A DNA stretch of 64,000 nt from Microthyrium microscopicum (lineage: Eukaryota), in contig MU004230.1 of assembly GCA_010405405.1 (NCBI GenBank), forward strand, positions 3,134,627-3,198,626. Direction: 5' to 3'. Shown in pieces: positions 36,073-49,235 of the stretch; the stretch's first letter is position 1; every line of letters starts with the position of its first letter. The notes under the pieces were generated by a model. The model had not been told where the DNA came from and did no database searches. It saw only the letters and a list, made by a program, of their open reading frames with translations. The position numbers and the translations under genes are program-made.

Positions 36073-36246
36073 CTAGTTCGGAACGCAGGTCTCCTCACCG
36101 CAAGCCGCCCAGCAATGCCATTTTTCATTCCATACCAGTTCATCTCCGGCACCCGCGAAGCATTTTGCGCTCTTTTCGGAAGGCTCGGTTGGTGTTGGCG
36201 CAGCGAATGCCAGGCTGATGAGGGTGATGATGGCGAGGTATTTCAT
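36073..36246 (-). CDS. Small secreted cysteine-containing peptide (effector-like)
   Basis: MKYLAIITLISLAFA|AP signal peptide, then a short mature region with 4 Cys (C..C..C..C). TATAAAAG on the minus strand at about 36351-36358. Confidence 0.65.
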   Translation of the reverse strand: MKYLAIITLISLAFAAPTPTEPSEKSAKCFAGAGDELVWNEKWHCWAACGEETCVPN

Positions 36247-37154
36247 TTTCGTGGAAGAGAGTGAGGGTTCTTGCAAAAAGATGTGAGGTAGTTTGTGAGA
36301 TACTTGAAGATTGTTTGCTTGGATAATCCAGATGAGCGTGTGCTGGCTCGCTTTTATACCAGTCGTCGGGCGTTCCGGCGTGCTGTCGTAATGCGTTTAT
36401 CTCGGTGGTGAGGTCAGTAGATCAAACTTGCATTGGACTGCAGGCGACTAGTAGATGCACTAGTTATTGTGAGATCTTGCTAAACTAGCCAGATTCCGCC
36501 CTGAAGATCAAATGAATCCAGAACATTGTCGGCGACTATATGCTGGAGAGCCTGCGGAGGAGGTCCATGTAGAGGTGAGGTTGAAGGTGAAGGGGAATAT
36601 AATTTGTGCATAGTTACCGTACCACCAAGACCATGCAGTACAACATGTGTAGCAAATAAGGATCTTTGAAGCATAGTCCCGATATGGAGATAGATCCTAC
36701 AAGAAACAAGGACTGTAAGAATACACGACTATCTGTATTCAGTTACCTCCGGGTGTTGATGACCGACTTGATGAGAACTGATAGGATACCAGTTGGGTGG
36801 TCAACTAGCCTCAAGTACTCGTCAAACGACTCAAGTAACATCCGAGGCTTTATATGTTCAAGGTGGTCAATACCAACCTTCTCAGGAAGGTGATACTTGC
36901 ACGATTGACATATCATGTGCTAGGGACGGGAAATAGGAAACAGGTATAGAGCAACAGTCAAATCATATAAGTGTAGCCAATCCGTAGGCAGCAGTGTAAT
37001 CGTGCACAGAACGAAACCCAGAACACCGTGCTAGTAAATACAAGTAAAGATCGCTCTATGCTGAACATGACATGATATGCAACAATAACTCAATAAAAGC
37101 ACAAAAAGGTAGTAATCCTACTCCAAACCTTGTGCCATCGGTCCTCACCGCTCA

Positions 37155-38135
37155 TTATCGACGAGCAAAGGATTGTTTGCGCTGAAGTTTCTCCCGCTTG
37201 AGTCTTTCCTCTTCTCTTAGCGCTGCAGCGTCTTCAGCTCGTGCAGCCCGGAGAGCTTCTTTTTCCTCTCGCTCAAGATCCCAAGCACCGGCTTCCATGT
37301 CCGACGAACCATCCGATTCGTAATCTTCTTCGTCTTCAGATTCGTATCGCTCGTAACGGGAAGGAAGTCGTTCAGGCCGACGGGCAGGAGCAGACTTGAG
37401 ATTGGCAGTTCCCTTGTATGAAGACTGGTGTGTGGATGGTTTCATGGTACCTTTATAGGCAACTTCGACAGGTTTGCGTTTTGGTTTCTCTTCCACTTTG
37501 CCCTTCTTGTTGGTGCGAACTTCCTCACTCCCAGAACGAGAAGCGATCCGGGCTTTCGACGGAGGAGCTGCTCCTTTTCTGCCCAAGACTTTGTTTCTCC
37601 GTAGCTCTTTGATAGTTTCCTTGGTCTTGTTTGGAGCACTCTTATTCGTTATCTTCGGTCCTTGTCCTAGTTTGGAATTCTGCAATGCTTTGGCACGTGC
37701 CATCTGTTCCGCAAATGAGCCTTTAGCTGGAGGGGCAGAGGGTGTGGTTGATGTGGTTGGCTTTGCCGATGCTGAAGCTTTCATGGTTGCAGCATGAGTT
37801 AAGGCTTTTTTCAAGGGCGCGTCTATCTTTGGAGGCGGTTTGGACGGGCCTGATGCCGGAAGGGGTGCAGATACTGGGCGCGATGGTGGTTTGAGTTGGT
37901 CAGAGGCTGGCATGCTTTCGGTTCGCGCAGACTTGTTGGCATTGTCCGGTAAATCATCTTCTGCTTTGCGTTTTGCTGAAGTTGATGCTGCGGGAATATT
38001 GTTGTCTGGTTGGTGGGTTACTGCACGCTTGGTCTCTCGTGCTGTTGGTCGTGGGAGGCGTGGCAAAGGAGCAGGGGGGACATCTCCGCCGGCCGAAGCT
38101 AGTAGAGAGTTGAAGAACTCGAACCTGTTAACCAT
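37155..38135 (-). CDS. SPT2: SPT2 chromatin protein
   Basis: Lys/Pro-rich body and the C-terminal SPT2 motif YESDGSSDMEAGAWDLEREEKEALRAARAEDAAALREEERLKREK. The true start may be a short upstream exon at about 38171. Confidence 0.8.
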   Translation of the reverse strand: MVNRFEFFNSLLASAGGDVPPAPLPRLPRPTARETKRAVTHQPDNNIPAASTSAKRKAEDDLPDNANKSARTESMPASDQLKPPSRPVSAPLPASGPSKPPPKIDAPLKKALTHAATMKASASAKPTTSTTPSAPPAKGSFAEQMARAKALQNSKLGQGPKITNKSAPNKTKETIKELRRNKVLGRKGAAPPSKARIASRSGSEEVRTNKKGKVEEKPKRKPVEVAYKGTMKPSTHQSSYKGTANLKSAPARRPERLPSRYERYESEDEEDYESDGSSDMEAGAWDLEREEKEALRAARAEDAAALREEERLKREKLQRKQSFARR

Positions 38136-38976
38136 CGCTATCTAGAACAAGGAGGACTTACTCACACTCATGATTATGGATAGGATTATTGTCGTCTTGA
38201 GTAGGACGTGGATGAGATCAGCTTCGAACTATTCGAATAATGGTTGTTGGGTCGATGATCATCCGGAGAGGCGACTGAGTAGTAGGCGTAGGGAAAGAGG
38301 GAGAGAGTTGCGCCTACTCAAGATGTAGAGGATACAGATATGGAGGAAAGATTAGTTCAACTGTGGTTAAGGATGGAGCGGAAGAGCCAGCGTGGATGGA
38401 GTGGTGGAGGCATCGGAATTAAGTCAAAGGATGTTGAGGTTGTGAGGTGACGCTGGATCTATCTGTCCGTGTCACGCTAGCCGGACTTGGTAAGAGCTAT
38501 CAAAGACTCAATCACGAATCTCAACTTTCTCAAGGACGAAAGAGTATGAAGTTTGGTGAAAAAATTAAAAGTGTCCAGAAGATTGATAGATGGCTGTGTA
38601 ACTTAACTTTTTAATCATTTCCTATTTTCTTGCCAAACAAAAATGGAGTTCAAAGAGCGATGTAATGCAGTCTGCAGATCCATCTGAGGCTGAGGGGCGG
38701 CCTCTCTGACTAAGGGAGGGCTTGCCGGAGCGGAAAAACTAGACTCCGCTGCTGCTTCTGACCACACTACATCCCACTTCGAACTTTCCCAGCAAAAGTT
38801 TCCGCAGAATCAAACACCAAATTACCATCTACACCGTTGGTCTTTTGAAGTCACAGTCCGCGATTAATCGCTTAAATTGATTGCGTCTCAAAGTCCCCTT
38901 ACAAAATCACTCACGTACGACTTCATTTCGACAGCATGTGCGCCGTTGCTAACAAAACCTAGCAAATACATTCACG

Positions 38977-39367
38977 ATGAAGCATCTCGCAGCTTACCTC
39001 CTTCTCGGACTCGCTGGCAACTCCAGCCCTTCCGCCAAAGACATCAAGGGACTTCTCGACTCCGTGGGAATCGAGGCCGATGATGACCGCCTAAAGACCC
39101 TCCTCGACGAGCTTAAGGACAAAGACATCAACGAGGTAAGATGAAACTTGAGAGGCGGTTTATAGATTTCTGGCTTATACATCATAGCTTATCGCTGCCG
39201 GAACCGAGAAGCTCGCTTCCGTTCCATCTGGAGGAGCCGGTGGTGCTGCGCCTGCTGGAGGTGCTGGCGCTGCTGGTGGCGCTGCCGCTGAGGAGACCAA
39301 AGAGGAGGAGAAGGAAGAAGAGAAGGAGGAGTCGGACGACGACATGGGATTCGGTCTCTTCGATTAA
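38977..39367 (+). CDS. RPP2: 60S acidic ribosomal protein P2
   Basis: [39 protein letters not shown]...; intron 39136-39187; ends [16 protein letters not shown]. Confidence 0.97.
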
Positions 39368-39748
39368 ACAACTACAATCATGGTGTAGGCATTTTGGCGG
39401 GTGGACTTCATGGGCAATGCTGTCCTGTTTTTCTCTCAATACCGGAGAGCTTAGAAGTGACTCCACACATGCTGGCCTTTGAAGCCCGGAAATACAAAAC
39501 CCTTTGTCAACCTTCATGATATATTGCTTGTTTACTGCTGATTTGTGCTGATTTCGAAATTCGCATGCCAAAATACAATGGTCTCGCTACCATCCAAAGT
39601 GAAATCGCGATCATTGTACCGAACGAAGTCCACAATACACTTCCAATTACCGACTCCAAATTTCCCAATTGTTCCAAAACATCTTGAATATTTAGAATTG
39701 TCGCTTCGTTAAAGAGGTCGAGGGGCTAAATCGTGTTTGGAGCTTAAA

Positions 39749-39757
39749 TCACGTGAC
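39749..39757. promoter_or_regulatory. TCACGTGAC E-box (Cbf1/bHLH-type) upstream of RPS15
   Basis: Exact TCACGTGAC about 140 bp upstream of the ATG. The motif is short, so function is not shown. Confidence 0.35.
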
Positions 39758-39897
39758 TTTTGCTTACTAAATTTGGCCCACCAACTGGCATTTGTGGGAG
39801 ACAACCACCGCAAGTCCAAGCATCACCACCACAGAACCTTCAACATCAACCCGATTTCATCACTCTTCCTTCACATACCGTAGGAAGTGTTGCAATC

Positions 39898-40620
<723 letters not shown>

Positions 40621-41289
40621 AGCAACGACAAAACGGATGGTTACGGTGCATGGTTTTGTTTTCATGGCTGCTCACTAGTTAGGCTTTCTAAACAATGAAG
40701 GCTTGTTCATAGCATCAAATGCATGTTTTGAGGCTATTCATTACCTGTTCTCGGGGGACTTGTAGTGACGTCCCTTGGATCAATATTGACAAGCAGTTTT
40801 TACCACATACCAAAATCAGCAATCATCGCCCCCATACCCCGTCGAAACCATCCAGCATGCCTTTCTGGGATTCTCCATGTCATGTTGACGTCGCAACGTT
40901 GTTTGAGGACGGAAGCCTTTCATACATCAGCTAAGGCGCCTTCTTGGGGCCCAGAATCAACCTCTTTACCTTCCCAATGGCTGGACAGATTCCTTCAACG
41001 CATATGAACCTGGCCAGGAATCTAGGATACTTCTTTACGGGCTGTTATCAGAACACTGATCGGCGAGCTTGAAATATTGGCAAGTGCTTCACAGGCTCTT
41101 TTGCACGGAGAAATTTCGTCGCCTACTACTTTCTATCCACGTTGAGAAGCGAAGTTACCACATAAACATCCCTTTGACAAGTGAGTGACTTTCATTTCCA
41201 GACAATCAATTATCTATCAATCCATACATAAGAAATATCAGCGCTTGATATGCAATGTACCTATTACTTCTCTCTACCCCTACACCAAT

Positions 41290-43619
41290 CTACGCAAAAT
41301 CATCACCCTTTTCTTTGACCGTGCCCACTAGCGAGAACGTATCGCTGTCCGGCCGCGTCGTAAAGCTGCTCTTGAACAGCTTATCCATGCTAAAGCTCTG
41401 GATGATAAAGCTCACCAGCAACGCCGAACCGGCGGCACACGCCATAAAGTACCAGATGCCCCTGAATCCATGCGCGTACGCTTCGAGTACGCCGATTTTC
41501 AAAGGGTCGGTATCGGCCATTGTGTGTAGTTTTTGCACGTAGCCTTCTGCTTGGTGGGCGATTATTGTTGGAAGGTGTAGATCGGTGAGCTTGGAACTCA
41601 TGCCGTTTGTGAATACCGTTCCGCCAACCTACGCGAAATTAGTACGTGGTGTGGATGATGGTGGGTGGTGGAACTTACTGCCACGCCAATAGGCATGCCT
41701 AAACTGCGAAAGAATCCATATACTGAAGCGGCCATGGCACTGTCTTCAGGCCGTGATATCGATTGGATGGCAAAGTTGACGCTGGTAAGCACCATGCCAG
41801 TACCTACGCCAAAGACTGCCAGGACGCCAGCAAAGACGGTCATGTTGGTGTCGAGCTTGAAGAAGGGGATAAGCATGCCGGCCCCGCCGGTGGTGATGGA
41901 CCAGCCGATCCAGATTGCCCAGCGGTAGCGGCCTAGTCTGGTCGTGAGGAGGGAGACGATGATGCTGCCGGGGACCAAGCAGGCGAGCGCGGGGAAGAGT
42001 TCGACGCCGGCGTGGGTGGGCATTGAGGCTTTGACGGACATTAGGTAGAAGGGGAAGTAGTAGAGTGCCGTGAAGAGCTAGGAAGTGTCAGTGATGGGAC
42101 AGGGTCTTCGGTTTGGGGTGCTTACTAGGAGTCCGTTGATCAGAGCGCAGTAGAATGCGGCAGCGGCTGACCAGCAGTAGAAGAGTGATAACGGTAGTAG
42201 TGAGTTTTCTCCAACGAAGTATTCCCATGCTACGAAGACGAAGAGTCCTCCGACACCGACTGAGATTGGTACCAGTGTTTGGAAGCTCTTCCATTCGTAC
42301 TGAACACCAGCCCATGATAGACCCATCAGGAAGCTGGTCATGCTGCCGACGAATATAAAGGCACCAATCCAGTCAATCTTACGAAGTTTCTCGCTGAAAG
42401 TCAACTTCGTGACCGCAGTGAGCTTGATGCAAAGTGGGACGAAAATGAAGCCTAGAGCACAGAATGGAAAGTTGATGTAGAATAGCCATCTCCAGGTGGT
42501 GTGTTCAATGATAACTCCACCAATAACAGGTCCAATGATTGATCCAATGGCCCAGGCGCCGAGGACAATGGCGAAATACTTTGGTCGGACTCGAAGTGGT
42601 ACAATGTCGCAAAAGATGACCTGGGACATGGTAACAATGCCACCACCCCCAATTCCTTGAATACTTCGACCAGCGAGAAGAATGGTAAAGTTGTGAGCGA
42701 CGGCGCAAAAGACAGTTCCAACTGTAAAGAACGTGAGAGAAATCAAAAGTAGTTGTTGTCGTCCAAATTGTGCAGATATAGATGCAATAACAGGCTGGAA
42801 CACTGCGCTCGACAGCAAATACGAGGCACCAGCCCAGAATGCTTCCACAGTAGTTCCATTAAGAGCTTCTGCTAGAACCTGATTTCGTCAGTTGTTGCTC
42901 GATGGCGGGAAGTTGAAGCAACTTACGGGCAATCCAGTGACGAGCACTGTAGCGTCCAGGGCGACCAGAAGAGAAAGAAGTGAGAGTGTCAACATGATAG
43001 CCCATTCTTGTTTTTTAGGTTTCCACTCTGGTATGACTTCATCCTCAACTTCGATGCCCTTCTCATCGCTCTTTGGGGCTGAGGCAAATGTTGCTTGTGG
43101 CTCAAGAGCCATCATCATACTGAACGACTTCCACTGACGTTCCGATTTCTGGTAGTTGTGTACTGAGAGATGAGAATCTCTCATAGAGTTCCGTAGACCG
43201 GATCCTGCGAAAACCGAGTTTCTCCAGATAGAATTCCTGAAGCCAGAGTTTCTCAATCCTGAAGGGCTAGTAGGTTGATACTTGTTGTACGAACTTGTTG
43301 CTGATTGACGGTTGTCAATGTGGGAGAAATAGACATGTTCAGGCTTCTTTTGTGGAGCGCTATAGCCAGTTCTTTTGTTGTTGCTTACCCCATAATCATG
43401 TTTGTCGTCTCTCTCAGCATCTCGTCTGTCATTTCTCGTAGGTTGGTTGGTGGGTCTTTGGTAGCCGTGGCCATTGCTTCTTTCGCCATAGTGGTCTTTA
43501 GTGCCCCGATAGTCTCTGTCGTCAGCATCTTGGTAATAGTCCCGGCCATGTCCGTCGTAGTGTGATTTGTCCTGGTAAGAACGGTCAGGATTGTACCAAT
43601 TCTGATCCATGGTTGACAT
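41290..43619 (-). CDS. MFS multidrug/toxin efflux transporter (14-TM DHA2-like)
   Basis: LLVALDATVLVTGLP, EAFWAGASYLLSSAVFQP, GRSIQGIGGGG, IGPVIGG..WRWLFYINFP, FFRSLGMPIGVA. Three GT-AG introns (about 42926-42879, 42125-42078, 41678-41629). Confidence 0.92.
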
Positions 43620-45806
43620 ATTTTGAAGCCCTCTGTCAAAGATGAGCTAATAAGTGTACGTAAAGACAGTAATGATCTGATCGACAGATATGTGAAGCAA
43701 CTGGTACAAAGGAAGGAACAAGTTAGGGTCAATGGACAACTGGCGAGAAGAAACAGATTCACAGCAAGCAAAGATTATGGAGGTGAGCTCCTTACCATTT
43801 GCATATGATGTGATTGTGAAGGAGCGGCGCGGGTGTCAGTAAGGCTTAGTTACAAAATATGCTTTCATACGCCTCTGTCAGTGAACAACATCCTGCCAAG
43901 GGAACCATGAAGCCAAAGGCTTCCATCTCGCCCAAGCACAGGCATCTTCCTTCTAGAAACCATATCCTGCCAGTCACCAAAAGATTTGGAAAATGAGTAC
44001 GGAGACTCCGTCCGCTTTGAAACGCCACTTCAGCATGCCGGCCGCCGGCGTAGGTTTCGAAGCTTCAAGAGAGACAAGAAGAGTTGCACGCCAATGCAAA
44101 AAGCCGCGATAGAGATTAGCTAGCGCCTTTGGCTCCACAGTGTGCAAGCGAAGGTCAAAGAGGCTCAATCGACTTCTCCTGAACGATGGGCCGTGCATTT
44201 GAGATGGGACGTTTGTGTAGATAAAAAGGATGCTGCCGGGACTGCGGCAACAATCGGGAGTCAGGCCTGGTGGATTTTTGTAACCGAAATAGGAAATTTT
44301 GAAGCCACGATATCACGCGGCAATTCCTGCCAGACGGGTCCGCGGTGTCAAAATGTGGAAGTAAAGGGACTTGGGTCCGACAAGCTTCGAGAACGCGCTT
44401 TTGTTTCAGGATTTCAAGGGAATTCAAGCTTTCTTGGGTTCTTGGGGGCCTCGTTGAGCCTTCAACTCCACTTGCGCCGCAATGGTGGGTCTTTGGCTGA
44501 AGCCTCATCAACGCTAACTGCGCGGCTTCTCCAAGCCAAAGCCGCCGAACATGCGTGATCCTGGCCTGGGGAAGGGTCGCTTATTCGACGATCTAAAATC
44601 AACTTCGTGCCTCGCAGTTGCGTGGGATATTCAAATATACCGGTAGAAGAGCTAGCATTCTCTGGCTCCTATAGTGTATGCATCTAGATAATCAGGAAAC
44701 TAATAGTGGTTCATAAGTTGCAATGCAGTGCCCCTGATTAAATCCACTCGAATTATATACATTTGACAAGTTGAGTATCCAAGATCGAGGAAGGCCCGAT
44801 TGTCGAGTTTTAAGCCTTGTGGACGTTTGCATAAGCGCAAGCCTTGTTGTTAGAGCCGCATCTTGGAAATTATTTGTAGCCCGAGGCTTGCTTAGGTAAA
44901 AAGGAGAGCGGTTCGTGGCTCAATAATTAGTGACTCGTCAAAAAGATACGGTATGATCTTGAACCTTTTGTTCTCTGTGTGGGTTCCATTATTTGTTACC
45001 GGAAGACATCTTGGTGCTCGGGAGATCGCTCTAAACCACGCGAAAGTCTTCCGTGATCTGCTTTCAGTACTGGTTTGAAAACATCCCACACCCAACAACC
45101 GCATGTCTTCAAACTGTACTACTCTAGCTGCGTTTAGCCATAACTTCAAGTCTGTACCTCCATGATTCAATCTGATCTGCCTGTGGTACAGGAAGAAAAT
45201 GGTATCTGTTAAGGCTTCAAACTTACAAGGTCAGAGTGCTGGAATCGCGCTCAAATTCAACATGACGCCTTGGGCTGTGATGTTTTAGCCACCATTTTTT
45301 AGTGTGCAAATTGACCATATCGAGGCGTTGGATCACAGTGGGTCGAAAGATTAAAAACTGACCAGAGCATTAAGAATCCACTGTGATTATTTATCTTATC
45401 TCATTTGAGGACTGACAATTCAAGCCTCTTGGTATCAGATTGTTCCTCATGGATCTGAGGCTTGTTCGACTTCTGTTCCGTTCAAATATTGCTGCTTCCT
45501 CAGTAAACCCACATTGAGTCAACAGATCGGGAATCTGCGACCTTCGCTTAGATCTCTTTCGATTGATCATACATTCTTTTTCTGCAATTTTCGATAACCA
45601 CGCTTTTGAACAAGCTGTGAACTCACTTTTTATCAAATAACAGTCTTTACATATCAACATTAACCGTCTCTACCAATATCAGCACACATATCAAAGCACA
45701 ATCTTTACAAATCGATTATCAACGGTCCCTACCAATTACAGTACACTCGTTATCAAACTAGAAAGAGAAACAGACTCTGGGAGCAAGTCTCCTCTTCTAT
45801 TTCACA

Positions 45807-46961
45807 ATGGCACCCGAAAGAACCACAAGACCATTCGTTCGAGGCTTTACAAAAATCTCCGAAGGCGTATGGGAATACTCTCCCGATCTCCTCTTCTTCG
45901 ACCCCAACGAGCAGGAGTACTACACGGATGCTCCTGATCTAATCCTTCTCTTCTCATGGACTGGAGCGCCAGGCCGGCCTGTCGCCAAGTACACTGAGCA
46001 ATACCAAAAGGTATTCCCAACATCCACCATCATAATCATAACAACGTCTCTCAAAGATCTTGCCTTCCGATCTAGCGAGCTCAAACAAGCCAACCTCCAG
46101 AAACTGATTGACCACGTCCTGAATAAACGCCTCGTCGACCGCATTCTCGTCCACGCTTTTTCAGAAGGCGGCTCCAACAAGGCTGTCGAATTCGCTGAAG
46201 CATATGGCAAGCGAACTGGAACTAAACTTCCCGTAAGCGCTATCGTGCTGGACAGCACACCTGGTCTCCCTCGCTTCGGTAAAACATGCGAAGCTTTCGT
46301 CAAGAGTCTACCCATGCACAACAGCTGGCCCGTCTGGCTAATCGGCTGGTTCCTCGCCGGCCTCATCCTCGGAATCATCTGGGGCCTATACTGCGGCATC
46401 AAAGGCTACCACAACAACGTCATCTCCAAAACCCGTCGACGGCTCAATGACCAACAATACTGGAATCTAGAGACTAGTCGCTGCTACCTATATTCCAAGT
46501 CTGACGAGCTCATCCACTGGGAAGACATCAAATCACACGCCGAAGACGCAAATGAACGCGGAATCCCAGTCTGGTCAGTCTGTTTCGATACAAGTTTGCA
46601 TTGCAGACATGAGCAAGAAGACCGGCCGGCGTACTGGGAAGCTGTGATGAGGACGTGGGAGCGTGGACTGAAGGTTACGAATACTACGTCGGAGACATGG
46701 TCGATTTATGGCAAGGAGTGTGCTATTTCGCTGCCGCCGGAGATGCCGAGTGATAGCGAGTATGAGGTGTATAAGAAGTATGCTCAAAGTGATTATGGGT
46801 CACGGAAGGAGATGAGTGAGTATGGCTCGCAAAGAACGCTGCCGTACAAGGAATATGGATCTGAGAAGCGTCATGTTAGGGAGGAATATGACTACAGTTC
46901 TGAAAAGCGATCTGTACGGAACGAATATATTCCACAGCGAGACATGTATAGAAAGATATAA
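45807..46961 (+). CDS. DUF829 / TMEM53 / PaxU-like alpha/beta-hydrolase-fold protein
   Basis: Family motifs LILLFSWTGA..VAKY, LVHAFSEGG, VLDSTPG, YLYSKSDELI.WED, FDTSLHCRH. Confidence 0.88.
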   Translation: MAPERTTRPFVRGFTKISEGVWEYSPDLLFFDPNEQEYYTDAPDLILLFSWTGAPGRPVAKYTEQYQKVFPTSTIIIITTSLKDLAFRSSELKQANLQKLIDHVLNKRLVDRILVHAFSEGGSNKAVEFAEAYGKRTGTKLPVSAIVLDSTPGLPRFGKTCEAFVKSLPMHNSWPVWLIGWFLAGLILGIIWGLYCGIKGYHNNVISKTRRRLNDQQYWNLETSRCYLYSKSDELIHWEDIKSHAEDANERGIPVWSVCFDTSLHCRHEQEDRPAYWEAVMRTWERGLKVTNTTSETWSIYGKECAISLPPEMPSDSEYEVYKKYAQSDYGSRKEMSEYGSQRTLPYKEYGSEKRHVREEYDYSSEKRSVRNEYIPQRDMYRKI

Positions 46962-48047
46962 GAATCTTGAGGCATTGGTTAGTGGTAGGTAGCGAAGGTC
47001 AATTTTTAATGAAATTTAATATTATGACAACTTACAATACTTTGAACTCCTCAGAGCAGATCACTGCGCCCCTTTCCACTCTGGAAATATTCCTGAGTGA
47101 GCAATCAAAAGCTAATATCTTAGATCTACGAAACATTCGACAACCAAGACAGTTGGTACTAGCCGTGACATCTCAACGGTTGTGTAGCCTTACACTAAAA
47201 TTCTATTTCCGATGAAACTCTGCCCAAGTGTCGATCTCCAAAGGCTTGATATGGGAAGACGCACCCAGCGATAACAGGAGCGATAACAGGCACTTTCCCT
47301 GCGCGACAAGTAAACATTGGCATCTGCGGAAAGAAGGACGTCAAGCCTTTTCTTTCGTACAAGCTCATGTCCTGCTCCACAGCCAAGAAGATAACCTCGG
47401 GAAATTACCGAGCATGGCTGCCTGTGAAGGCTGTGATGTTGGCCGGGGTTCTATGAGATCCAAAGTCAGGTCCTCTTGAGAGGCTCTTGGGGGCTGTTTC
47501 AGCCTAGTTCTTATTTGATGCGATTGATCATGAGCAGTTCCTTCCTTTTTGTTATGAATCCTTGCGGAATATTTACTGCATGTCTTGTAGCCACTCTGCC
47601 ACTATCACATCTATAAATTTCACATTCAGATCATCTGAGATGGGCGGATTTGGAATGTTCGATTGCCAGCTGTGCCGCTTCTGAAAAGAAAGGCGTAGGC
47701 GAGAAAACTCAGGGCGATTTGTTGAAGTTCTTTTCCTCCTCCGTTGATGGATGTTGCGCCTTGCGATGCCTTGATCCGCTTAATGTTTGCTGGACATGTA
47801 TTGTCTGGACGATATGTAGTAGCGAACGGAAGTCCGCAACAGGTTACCAGTCAAAGGTCAGCCCTATACGAGGTGATTGTCCAGTTCGTAACTGACTATC
47901 GCCGGCATCTACAAGTCATAACCTGAAGAGAAATCGACAAGGCTGGACGACTACGCTGAAAAGGCGAGACTGACAGGTGCCGGGGACATAACGAGCCAGA
48001 AAAATGGTGATGACGAAAATAGTAAAGGAGGTTGAGTTAGTCACATT

Positions 48048-48069
48048 TATGCTAGGGCATGGGTTAGGT
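48048..48069 (+). repeat. Left terminal inverted repeat TATGCTAGGGCATGGGTTAGGT
   Basis: Exact reverse complement of 57857-57878. Confidence 0.95.
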
Positions 48070-48999
48070 CGGGTTAGGTATAGGTTTCTCTAAATATTTT
48101 TATAACCCGCGTAGGTTAAGTTTTAGAAATATTACAACCTAACTTAAATAAGTTAAATTTTTATAAGTTTAGCCTATAAGTTATATTTATTAATAGATAA
48201 CTTAAATAAAGGATTAACGCTATATAATTTAGGTTAATCTAAAAAGTTTAGTATAGTATTTAATAATTATATTTTACTATTAATTTTTTAGTAAGTTATA
48301 AAAGTATTAATTAGGATTTAGAATTAGTTTATTAGTTTTATTATTTATAAATAATTATATAACTATAATTTCCTTCTTATTTCTTAAAGTTTACTAGTTT
48401 TAATTACCTTTCTATAATAAAGTTACTAGTTAATTTTAAATACTTATTTAATAGTCTATAACTTAGCTAGTATATAGAGCTTTTATTAAGTTTATATTTT
48501 TTTATTAAATTATTACTTTCTTTACGTAAATTATATAAAGGTTAGTATTTATAAAAATTAATAACTTATAATTTAGAAAATAGAGGTATAATTTACTTTT
48601 AAAGTATATAATAAGATAAGCTTTTATTAATTTTTATAGATATTAAATTATATTGCTTTACTAATACATATTTAGATTTATTAAACTATTACTATTATTA
48701 GAAGTTCTTTAGAACGTAATATAAATCTTATAAACTAATTTTATAAATAGTATTTTAGGAATTAGAAGATTATAAGCTTTTTAAATCTAATAGATTTTAT
48801 ATAGAGCTTTTACTAGTATTATAGTTAATATTTATAGAAAAAATAAAGTATATAAAATTTATTATTAAATTTAGTACGTTAAGGTACGTAATAATAAGTA
48901 TTCTACTAGTTATAATAGTTTTTATAAGTTAAAATTCTTTTATAATAATTTCTATAAGCTATAGTTAGGTTTTATTAGTATTAAGGAGTTAGTTATTAG

Positions 49000-49235
49000 T
49001 GCGAAGTAGTTTATTAAGATTACTATTAACGTATAGAAGTTTATAAAGGTTATAATTAAGTTAAAGTAGTTTATAAAGGTAGTATAAGAAGGTTTAAAGG
49101 CTATAAAAGTTACTATTAGATTAGAGTAATTTATAGAGGATTTATAAGGAGGTTTAAAGGCTATAAAAGTTATTATTAGGTTAGAGTAGTTTATAAAGAT
49201 TATATAAGAAGGTTTAGAGTATTATAAAGTTTATT
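49000..49235. repeat. 60-bp tandem repeat inside the transposon
   Basis: GTAGTTTATAAAG-like anchor recurs at 49006, 49066, 49126 and 49186. Confidence 0.75.

Noticed and set aside
48061..48085. Telomere-like GGGTTAGG / TTAGGT motifs at the edges of the AT-rich block
   Set aside because: They are not tandem TTAGGG arrays. They are the TIR and subterminal repeats of the transposon, bounded by a TSD.
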